DNA from: Macrostomum lignano
Lineage: Eukaryota
NCBI GenBank assembly: GCA_002269645.1
Contig: NIVC01002150.1
Location: forward strand, 62,001 to 126,000
Direction of reading: 5' to 3'
Length of the DNA: 64,000 bases
Of this stretch, positions 24,401 to 36,400 are shown in pieces (positions within the stretch are counted from its first letter, which is position 1; each line of letters opens with the position of its first letter). The notes under the pieces are model-generated. The model made no database searches. It saw nothing but the letters and a program-made list of their open reading frames with translations, and was not told the DNA's origin. The position numbers and the translations under genes are program-made.

Positions 24401-27400
24401 TCTTTGGCACTCGTTGGACACTACTGAGATATTCTCTTTGGCACTCGTTGGACACTACTGAGATATTCTCTTTGGCACTCGTTGGACACTACTGAGATAT
24501 TCTCTTTGGCACTCGTTGGACACTACTGAGATATTCTCTTTGGCACTCGTGGACACTACTGAGATATTCTCTTTGGCACTCGTTGGACACTACTGAGATA
24601 TTCTCTTTGGCACTCGTTGGACACTACTGAGATATTCTCTTTGGCACTCGTTGGACACTACTGAGATATTCTCTTTGGCACTCGTGGACACTACTGAGAT
24701 ATTCTCTTTGGCACTCGTGGACACTACTGAGATATTCTCTTTGGCACTCGTTGGACACTACTGAGATATTCTCTTTGGCACTCGTTGGACACTACTGAGA
24801 TATTCTCTTTGGCACTCGTTGGACACTACTGAGATATTCTCTTTGGCACTCGTTGGACACTACTGAGATATTCTCTTTGGCACTCGTTGGACACTACTGA
24901 GATATTCTCTATGGTACTCGTGTGACACTACTGTGATACCACTGAGATACTCTTTCTGGCAGTCGTGAGGCACTACTGAGTACTCTCCATGTCACTAGTG
25001 TGACACTACTGAGCACTCTCCATGTCACTAACGTGACATAACAGAGCACTCTTGATGGCACTCATAGCGCACTGCAGGCCATCAAAAGTACACAGCAAAA
25101 GTGGTGACTCCGTCTTAAATCAAGCAAGCAATTCAAACCCTGCATCGCTGGTCAGGTTGAGCGCCAAAACTTTTACAGCTTAAGAAACCGATGATAAAAG
25201 TACATTTTTAACTTTAGGCAATTCAATCCCCTTAATAGAGAAGAACTGGACCAGAAGGGGCCGTTAAGAGGCCGTTTTCTCGTCCGACTGGCTTCGTCTC
25301 TTCCTCTCAGCGTCCACTCTGGCCGGGTCCTGATTAATCATTTAAAGCAACTTAATTTGCTGCCTTTTACTCGTAAGTCGCCAAGCCTTTGAGTAAACTT
25401 TCGGCGCTTCTTAGCTTCTTGACTTCAGACTTCGGGTTGGCAAAGTTGAAGACAAAAATAAAGAAGTGAAGAGCGTCAGTGAAAGAGGAGGCGCTTTTAA
25501 ATAATAGAAGTCCTAGGAGGGGGTCAGTGCAGAGATTAGGGGGTCGGCCTTACCTCGGTTTGATTTGTCCCTCGTGTCCCTGGTCAGCAGCAGTCGCTTC
25601 ACCTGGAAATCGTAGCCACCTGTCCTCTGGCGCTCCTTCAGCAGCTGTACAATATGGGCGGAGGGCGGATAACGACAGGTAAACAATGCATTGATAGAGG
25701 AGCAGATAGTGAGAGGTAGACAAGGATAGGGGAGCAGACAGTGAGAGGTAGACAAGGATAGGGGAGCAAACAGTGAGAGGTAGACAAGGATAGGGGAGCG
25801 GACAGTGAGAGGTAGACAAGGATAGGCAAGCGGACAGTGAGAGGTAGACAAGGATAGGGAAGCAGATAGTGAGAGGTAGACAAGGATAGGGGAGCAGACA
25901 GTGAGAGGTAGACAAGGATAGGGAAGCAGACAGTGAGAGGTAGACAAGGATAGGGAAGCAGACAGTGAGAGGTAGACAAGGATAGGGGAGCAGACAGTGA
26001 GAGGTAGACAAGGATAGGCAAGCGGACAGTGAGAGGTAGACAAGGATAGGGAAGCAGACAGTGAGAGGTAGACAAGGATAGGGGAGCGGACAGTGAGAGG
26101 TAGACAAGGATAGGGGAGCAGACAGTGAGAGGTAGACAAGGATAGGGAAGCGGACAGTGGGAGGAAGACAAGGATAGGGGAGCGGACAGTGAGAGGTAGA
26201 CAAGGATAGGGAAGCGGACAGTGGGAGGAAGACAAGGATAGGGAAGCAGACAGTGGGAGGAAGACAAGGATAGGGAAGCGGACAGTGAGAGGTAGACAAG
26301 GATAGGGAAGCAGACAGTGAGAGGTAGACAAGGATAGGGGAGCGGATAGTGAGAGGTAGACAAGGATAGGGGAGCAGACAGTGGGAGGAAGACAAGGATA
26401 GGGGAGCAGACAGTGAGAGGTAGACAAGGATAGGGAAGCAGATAGTGAGAGGTAGACAAGGATAGGGAAGCAGACAGTGAGAGGTAGACAAGGATAGGGG
26501 AGCAGATAGTGAGAGGTAGACAAGGATAGGGAAGCGGACAGTGAGAGGTAGATATGACTTGATGAGATTAACAACAAACTATGAGATTCCTAATTGTCGG
26601 CCGCATCTCCTGTTTGAGTTTGCACTTCTCCCAGCAGCAGTTTTTCTCTCTTCTGTTTAGCTATAAAACTGGCGCGCCTTTTCGCAGGCCTACAAACTGA
26701 TTAAATTCAGCTCCAACCCCTCTGCCCAGCGGCCAGCCCAGCTCAAAATCGTACACAGTACAGGCATATAGGTGAGTCCTAAAACGATTGGGTGAATTGG
26801 ATGGGGCTTTGAGGACTCTGATGGAGCTTAATAATAGATTGATTGTCACGCCATCGGTTGCTGAGCTGGGCCTGAAGTTCTTCTCTCAGCTGGTCAAACG
26901 AAGAAAGGCATGGCGGATGTTTTTAGCATTGTGAACGCGCTGTTGTAGGCTAGCCGTACTGCTATGAGATTGTCTTTATTAGCCGGGTAGAGAGAGACGG
27001 GGGAGAGATCAACCCAGCGGTCCCCCCATGGCAGTAGTTCGCTTGGTAGATTCCAGATATCCGCGTCCAGCATCCCAGTTCATCTCCATCAACCCAGTTT
27101 GCCCAGGTCCCCCCTCCCTGCTCCCAGATGTCAAACTTCAGGCTCCCTGTCCCCACTCTGGAGCTCTGCTATCGTTTCCCCTGCACATGACGCAGTTAAA
27201 ACATTGTCTCCGCTTCCAAGCGGCAGGACAGGGAGGGTACGTAAATATGCATATATTCATATCGTATTGTCTATAGTTTATCCCCTCACTTGTAAGGCGG
27301 TACTCACAGCCTCCAGACTGGGCGGCTGCTGGCTGGGCTGACGGATATCGCCTCCGCCACTCTCGTAGTGATGCTGGTAGTAGGAGGCTGCGAAGCGGAT

Positions 27401-30400
27401 GATTGTTCAGTTTGATTGCATGATTATGCTTCACTTCAACACGGAGGCTGTGTCAGGATATTTCTCCTGGCAAAGACATCGAACCACAAATCTATTGCAT
27501 CGCTGTGGATTGTGCTATCTCGCGTGGAAACACTTCCTGACTCTTCGATCAGTCCGAAATCCTGATTTTTCTGTGTACACCATCCCCGATTCTTCTGTGT
27601 ACACCAACCCCGATTCTTCTGTGTACACCACCCCCGATTCTTCTGTGTACACCAACCCCGATTATTCTGTGTACACCACCCCCGATTCTTCTGTGTACAC
27701 CACCCCTGATTCTTCTGTGTACACCACCCCTGATTCTTCTGTGTACACTACCCCCGATTCTTCTGTGTACACCACCCCCGATTCTTCTGTGTACACCACC
27801 CCTGATTCTTCTGTGTACATCACCCCCGATTCTTCTGTGTACACCACCCCCGATTCTTCTGTGTACACCACCCCCGATTCTTCTGTGTACACCACCCCCG
27901 ATTCTTCTGTGTACACCACCCCCGATTCTTCTGTGTACACCACCCCCGATTCTTCTGTGTACACCACCCCTGATTCTTCTGTGTACACTACCCCCGATTC
28001 TTCTGTGTACACCACCCCCGATTCTTCTGTGTACACCACCCCTGATTCTTCTGTGTACACCACCCCTGATTCTTCTGTGTACACCACCCCTGATTCTTCT
28101 GTGTACACCACCCCTGATTCTCTGTGTACACCACTCGATGATTCTGCGAGCACTCTTCGTGAAAACACCCGGATCCTGGTGCAGACACCCCAGTCCAACT
28201 GCACGAGTCTCTCCAGCTCATAAAGATGGCAAGCAAAGCGCACCTGCCGCCCCGCTGGAGTGCTGCCGGTACAGAGAGCTGTGCCCGGCGCTGCCGAGGC
28301 CTCTCTGGTAATCGTCGAACGAATGCGGCGGCTGCAAGCCACGAGCAGAGGCTGCCACATCAAAAGAAGCCGCGCCGCTGTTATTAACGAGTCCGGCTAA
28401 TTGGCCTCGGACAGGTGTGCCGACGTGTCCGACTGCGGCGATCGGGTTGTACCGCTGTTGCTGGTACATCAGCCGTCTGCTGTCGGCCACTGGCTGAAAT
28501 TCGAGCTGCTGACCACTGCTGGCCGCCTGCTGCCACCACCAGTTTGGCGGCTGGGCGCCATGCTCCGCGCGGCGCGACTCCTCCTGGCAGCGAATTGCGT
28601 CATCGATTTGGCGCCTGCGTCGTTCGATTTCGCGCTCCAGCTGAACGATCCGCGTCTCCTTGCGCATCAACTCGTAGTCGAAGCTGCTGAGGAGGCCACC
28701 GCCGCCGCCGCCTCCTCGAAGATGCCAGTCATGCGCTAAGTGCGGCGGCGGCGGAGGCGGTAGAAGCTGCTGAGGCATCATCGATCGGCTCCGCTGCTGC
28801 TGCTGCTGCTGATGCAGGCTGTGGAGAGGCTGGCCGCGGTTTAGCGGCATTGCGGCGAGCTGCTCGCCAATGGTATCCAGCTGAGCTCGTTCCATGCGCC
28901 GCAGGGTGTCCAGCTGCTCCTCCAGCTGGCGTGTCAGGCGCAGATGCTCGAGTTGACGTCGGCGATTTCGCGTCACCAGGAGCAGCTCCTGCAGCACCAG
29001 GTAGTGCCGGTTTTGCTGCTTTTGCTGCTCGCCGCTGTTGGTGCTGGTGCTGTTGCTGCTGCTGTTGCTGCTGCTATTTCTGCCTTGGAATCGGCAAAGT
29101 TTCTTCCGTTGCTGCCGCCGCCGCTGCTGCTGCTGTTGCTATTAAAAATGAGGCGGGATTTGGGGAGTGACGGGTAGTAGGGCAGCTCAGGCTCAGTCGC
29201 TATTGGCTTACTGCAGTTTTATGATGCTTTTGCCCAGTCAGGCCCCGGCTGGGCCTCAGCCATGGAGATCGTGAAATTCTGGTTCAAGTTTTCCTTGGCT
29301 CAGCGCCAGGGAGACGGGGAGGGAGAGAGTCGGCCTGAGGCGCCAAGGGATTGGCAATGGTTTCATTGCCAGGGCGAGCAATAAATCCGCTTGTAAAACG
29401 CGGTACCGCAATAAAACAGGGTATCGAACCGTATTGGTTTCCACCTACTTATCAGATGGGAGGCCAAAATGGCTTTAAGATGATTGAGCATTGCTGGCTA
29501 ATAAAGATAGATGGCAACGGCTGATGTAGATAGCTCGTGAATGATTTGTTGAATATCGCGACAAAGACTACATGTACATCAGACTGACGGTATTGGGACG
29601 AAGATTACATCAGGCTGAGGATATTGATACAAAGACTACATCAGGCTGAGGATATTGAGACAAAGACTACATCAGGCTGAGGGTATTGAGACAAAGACTA
29701 CATCAGGCTGAGGGTATTAAGACAAAGACATCATCAGGCTCAGGATATTGGAACAAAGACTACTTCAGGCTGAGTATATTTAGACAAAGACAACATTAGG
29801 TTGAGGATATTGAGACAAAGAATACATCAGACTGAGGATATTGATACAAAGACTACATCAGGCTGAGGGTATTAAGACAAAGACAACATCAGGCTCAGGA
29901 TATTGGAACAAAGACTACATCAGGCTGAGGGTATTGAGACAAAGACTGCATCAGGCTGCAGGTATTGGGACAAAGACTATTAGCTTTATTAGTAACAACA
30001 AACGATACTTTAATGCTAATCCAACTGATTCCAACTATCAAAGCAGACTGATAATTGTTCTCAGACAGGGGTATCTGTAGCAGCAAAAGTACATTAATCA
30101 CAGGGCATTACCTATTCGGATGAGTGCAGAAAAGCATTAGCTATGGAGCATTCACTAAAAACGGGTTCACTAAAATTAATAGTATAGCTGGGAGGGCCAA
30201 CTTCCAGCCAATATTTCGAGAGGAAATTAATAATAATAAAAATAAAAATAAAACTCAGAGGTTTTCATATCCAGATAATAACTTCAATATTATTCTTTTT
30301 TTATTTTTCGCGCCTAAAGATTACCCTTCCAGACTCTCCTATATGCGGTTAGTCCCCGGGTTCGCCCCCCCCCCCCCCTCGAAGGGTTACCAGCGAGTGC

Positions 30401-33400
30401 AGCAGGGGAGAAGCAGAGTGAGAAGCTGGGGAGGCCGCAGACGCGGTGGCAGCAGTGTACACCATGGAGGGTAGAAAAGTGCAGCGGCTTTACTTTAATA
30501 TGCGCGCGCCCGCTCTGAAGGTTTGGCCCGGGGCTGAGAGGAGCAGCGAGAGAGTGGAGGGAGGGAGAGAAAGGGAGAGGAGGCCAGCGGGAGGCACCAG
30601 GAGCGGCTCTGAGAGTCCGTTTCGGACGCCTCCACCTTCGCTGCCGGACTGGACTGTGTTGGTAGGCGAGGCGGCGGCTGACGGGGCGAGATGTTGTGAT
30701 AAAATGAGAGAGGGAGCGCGAGAATTCCGGGATAAAGTGGGAGAAGCATAGCAGCTTAGAGTAGATGCTGGTGAGGAAAGGCCGCCCGCTTGCCTAAGAA
30801 AGTTGTGGTGTGACGAAGCTGGCGAAAAATAAAATTGTTGGCCAAAACAGCTGCAGGCACTCTTATGTTTTCCTGCCCTATTTGGGCGTAGATCTTTCCT
30901 GCTTGGAACTTTCTGCTCTCTCTTTTCGATAGCAAACCGAGTTTTATTGGCGCTTGAACCAAATTTCTTAAACTATTTCGACGTCTAACATATTGTGTCG
31001 AACATCTCTGCGTCCAACATCTGTGTCTACATCTCTGTGTCTAACATCTTTGTCTAACATCTGTGTCTAACATGTGTGTCCAACATCTGTGTCTACATTT
31101 TTGTGTCTAATATCTGTATCTAACATCTGTGTCTACATCTCTGTGTCTAACATCTTTGTCTAACATCTGTGTCTAACATGTGTGTCCAACATGTGTGTCT
31201 ACATTTTTGTGTCTAATATCTGTATCTAACATCTGTGTCTACATCTCTGTGTCTAACATCCGTATCTAACATTTGTATTTAACATCTGTATCTAACATTC
31301 GTATCTAACATCCGTATCTAACATCCGTATCTGCATCTTGTCTAACGTCTATCTAACATCTGTGTCTAAGATCTGTGTCTTTGTGTCTAACGTCAGTGTC
31401 TAACATCTTTGTGTCTAACACCAGTGTCTAACATCCGTATCTAACATACATGCAGCCGTGTCGAACTTATCTGTTTAACATCTTATTATCTAGCAGCAAG
31501 GACAAAATAACAGTCTGCTCCTGATCAAATATTTGTTTATAAGCTTCCTTTTAAGCCATAGAGATAGGAAGGGGCAACATCAAGTTAATTAAGTGCCGGC
31601 AGAAATGAAACACCCGAGACTGAAACTCAGCCTCAGCCAAGCCAAGAAGTACACATAGCACTTCAGTGCCCTGGGATAGCCGAAGAGCCCGACTCAGGCG
31701 TATCGAAAACTGGCCAGACATGGGCATGAGCTAGCAAGATTCTTTATGGCCTCCAGCTTTAAGTGGGCTGCTGGCTGAGTGCAAATATGGAGTGTTGTGC
31801 CCGGCCACCCCACTCTCCCTGCAGCTCCCCTGCTTTGCACTCTTGCTCCCGTCTCCTGCCGTGCCTTCCCCTTCTCCCCTTCCTATCTGCGCACATCACC
31901 TCATCTCTACCGATGTCATCCTCATCTCTACTGATGTCATGTCATCCTCATCTCTACCGATGTCATCCTCATCTCTACTGATGTCATGTCATCCTCATCT
32001 CTACCGATGTCATCCTCATCTCTACCGATGTCATCCTCATCTCTACCGATGCCATCCTCATCTCTACTGATGTCATCCCCATCTCTACCGATGTCATCCT
32101 CATCTCTACCGATGCCATCCTCATCTCTACCGATGTCATCCCCATCTCTACCGATGTCATCCCATCTCTACCGATGCCATCCTCATCTCTACTGATGTCA
32201 TCCTCATCTCTACTGATGTCATGTCATCCTCATCTCTACCGATGCCATCCTCATCTCTACTGATGTCATCCCCATCTCTACCGATGTCATCCTCATCTCT
32301 ACCGATGTCATCCTCATCTCTACCGATGTCATCCCCATCTCTACCGATGCCATCCCCATCTCTACCGATGCCATCCCCATCTCTACCGATGCCATCCCCA
32401 TCTCTACCGATGCCATCCCCATCTCTACTGATGCCATCCCATCTCCCTCACACATCATCCATCTCCCTCACACATCACCCCATCTCTCTCACACATAACC
32501 CATCTCCCTCACACATCACCTATCTCCCTCACACATAACCCATCTCCCTCACACATCACCTATCTCCCTCACACATAACCCATCTCCCTCACACATCACT
32601 CCATCTCTCTAACGCTCGCCATCCCCAGATTGCCCCACCCAGCAGCCAGTTCCGATCTCTTATCACTCAGGCCATTGATTTCTCCGCCTATATTTAAATA
32701 ATGATCTCATTCGTCTCTCCTAGAGCCCCCGGTTCAATCCGGCTGCATGTGTTTCTCCAATTTGTGCAGCAAAGCCCCAATCCAGGCCGGGATGCGAGCC
32801 CAAGACTGGCGAGCATGAACAGGAGCGCCTCCATTTTCCCTGAGGATTTTCCGCGGGCCTGTCAATTTTGTTCCTCAGCGCCGGGATGTCCTCATTATCG
32901 CACAGGAACAGGCGCGGCCTGGGGACTCTGCATCTCTAAGTAGGGTCTTCGTCTTCTTCTTTTTCACTTTTCCTCTCTTATTTTCTGTTGATTGGTTCCA
33001 CCCAGCGCCTGGCTACTTGAACAAGATTGCCCCCCCCCTGCGCGCCGAAAGTTTGTATTTTCATGCCAGCATGCGAGCTGTAGATACGGTGAGCAGAATC
33101 TTCATCGACCGAGCAGTCCAACGCTGCTGCTGCTGCTGTTTCTGCTGCCGGGGCAGGGAGAGAAAGCCAAGCGGTTGAAGGAGAAGCGAGCGAAGAGAGG
33201 CGAGAGAGGATGGATCAGGGGGGGGGGGCAAATAGAGTAGGAATGCCAAAAAGACTAGCTCTCCCAGTAGGTCTCGGCCGAATCAATATTCAATTTTTGC
33301 CTTTACTTATTCATACCAGTAAGCTGGGCGAGCACTAGGGGCAATGATACTAGCTGAGATAGTGTGCATTATAGATAAGATATGGGTGCTGTGTCATTAT

Positions 33401-36400
33401 CCTAGCCTCTGGGCCGGCTTTCAAGTATAGAAAAATTTCTAATCAATATTTGTACAGGTCTCTACTGTTTCATAGTCCCCATGGTACCCCCCCACTGTGT
33501 CTATGACCCCTAAAGCCTATATGACTCCTTCACAGTCTATGACTCCCCCACAGTCTCTATGACTCCCCCACAGTCTCTATGACTCCCCCACAGTCTCTAT
33601 GACTCCCCCCGCAGTCTCTATGACTCCCCCACAGAGTCCATGACTAACCACAGAGTCTATGACTCCCCCACAGTCTCTATGGCTCCCCCATAGTCTCTAT
33701 GACTCCCCCACAGTCTCTATGACTCCCCCGCAGTCTCTATGACTCCCCCGCCGCAGTCTCTATGACTCCCCCACAGTCTCTATGACTTCCACACAGAGTC
33801 CATGACTAACCACAGAGTCTATGACTCCCCCACAGTCTCTATGACTCCCCCATAGTCTCTATGGCTCCCCCATAGTCTCTATGAGTCCCCCCACAGTCTC
33901 TATGACTCCCCCGCAGTCTCTATGACTCCCCCGCAGTCTCTATGACTCCCCCACAGTCTCTATGACTCCCCCACAGTCTCTATGGTTCCCCCATAGTCTC
34001 TATGACTCCCCCACAGTCTCTATGACTCCCCCGCAGTCTCTATGACTCCCCCACAGTCTCTATGGTTCCCCCATAGTCTCTATGACTCCCCCACAGTCTC
34101 TATGACTCCCCCGCAGTCTCTATGACTCCCCCACAGTCTCTATGGCTTCCCCATAGTCTCTATGACCCCCTATATAGTGTCTATGACTGCCTACAGTTTC
34201 TATGACTGCCTACAGTTTCTATGACTCCCCACAGTCTTTATGCGTGACTCACGCTGCCATCGCGGACTCTCTCAGCCCCGAGCTCCGCACTGGCCCGCGC
34301 GGACATCTCGGGCGACGCCAAGTCCGAGTCGTACTTTATCATCGGCGGGCTGGACTGCCGCTTGTTCTCAACCTCAGCTGCAGTGTCTTTAGCAGCCTCC
34401 TTATCGGATGAGCAGCTGTCGCTGGAATCTTGCTTGGATTCTTCCGTGATCAGCTGCTTGACAATTTCCTGGCTCTCTGCTTTTGTCTCCGTAGCAATGG
34501 AGTTCTTCTGCTCAGCATTCGGTTCCGCTGTGCTCAAGAGATTAAGCTGAGCAGACAGCGACTCCGCACCGGATGCCACGCTGGCTGCGTAGGCCGCCAG
34601 GTCCATCGCTGGAGGTTCTTCACCTTTGTTGCTGTCGGTGGGCGATGAGGGCAGCTGTTGTTGCTGAGCTGGCGGCTCAGCCTGCGGCGTCTCGGCCTCC
34701 GCTGCAGCCGGAGACGGGTGCGCCTCATCGTAGTGCGGCCTGGCCGGAGGCAGCAGGGGGCTGCTGGGCCTGCCCTCCGTTGCGGATGACTGCGGTGTGG
34801 AGGTGCGGCAGAATGTACTTTGTTCGTGTGTGTCTGTGTGTGTGGATCTGCTATTTGCAGCTGTCTTCTGTCGTTTTCCCTGAAAGTAAAACAACTTTTT
34901 GGAATGCCGATTCCATAAGCTCTACTGGCAGACAGTACCATGGCTAGATCATTTTGAGTAGACATATTGTGACAATCTTTGTCAAGAAGTCTTTGCTGAT
35001 TGGGCATCGCTGATCTTCAATTGTCCCATTTCCATCTCATCTCACCGCTGCAGATCCAATTCGATCTATCCTTGCTCTTCTCCCTCTTCATCTCATCTCA
35101 CCGTTGCACATATCATCCCTCCCTCTCTCGTCTCATCGCTACTTCCCAATCTCTTGTCTCCCTGTCCCTGTAATCATACACCCCAATTCATCCCCATAAC
35201 TCTAGTCACTCCGCTCCCTCACAAAATCTCCCATCTCTGCATCCTCAAGCAGGCTGCTGATGCTCACGTGACCCCGGACCAGGGTGTTCATCATGGCCGC
35301 GGACTGGTGGTGCCGCAGCCCGTGGAACCAGGAGCCGCTGCTGGCAGCCAGATGGCGCCGCTGCTGGCAAACCGCGCATATCCACTCGGCGAACTTGAAA
35401 TCGAATAGAAAATTGAAAACCGTTAGTCTGTGATGTATAAAATTTTAAACTGAGCACTTTAGCTGAATTTAATTAGTCTAGGGCCGAATGCGAAATGTCT
35501 GTGGCCAAGACCCGATAACTCACCCGGTGTCCGAACTCTTCGGCCTTCAGTAGCTAGAATTCATTCGGACACCCGATGACTCACCCGGTGTCCAAACTCT
35601 TCGGCCTTCAGTAGCTAGAATTCATTCGGACACCCGATGACTCACCCGGTGTCCGAACTCTTCGGCCTTCAGTAGCTAGAATTCATTCGGACACCCGATG
35701 ACTCACCCGGTGTCCGAACTCTTCGGCCTTCAGTAGCTAGAATTCTTTCGGACACCCGATGACTCACCCGGTGTCCGAGTTCTTCGGCCTTCAGTCATCT
35801 GGTGGCCAGAATTCATTCGGTAGCTAGAATCTGGTAGCTAGAATTCATTCGGACACCCGATGACTCACCCGGTGTCCGAACTCTTCGGCCTTCAGTAGCT
35901 AGAATTCATTCGGACACCGATGACTCACCCGGTGTCCGAACTCTTCGGCCTTCAGTAGCTAGAATTCTTTCGGACACCCGATGACTCACCCGGTGTCCGA
36001 GTTCTTCGGCCTTCAGTCATCTGGTGGCCAGAATTCATTCGGTAGCTAGAATCTGGTAGCTAGAATTCATTCGGACACCCGATGACTCACCCGGTGTCCG
36101 AACTCTTCGGCCTTCAGTAGCTAGAATTCTTTCGGACACCCGATGACTCACCCGGTGTCCGAGTTCTTCGGCCTTCAGTCATCTGGTGGCCAGAATTCAT
36201 TCGGTAGCTAGAATCTGGTAGCTAGAATTCATTCGGACACCCGATGACTCACCCGGTGTCCGAACTCTTCGGCCTTCAGTAGCTAGAATTCATTCGGACA
36301 CCCGATGACTCACCCGGTGTCCGAACTCTTCGGCCTTCAGTAGCTAGAATTCTTTCGGACACCCGATGACTCACCCGGTGTCCGAGTTCTTCGGCCTTCA

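Noticed and set aside
14485-25050. CRISPR array (34-nt repeat; the 31-, 32- and 44-nt arrays were also considered)
   Set aside because: Units are directly adjacent with no unique spacers, there are no cas genes, and the context is a eukaryotic intron.
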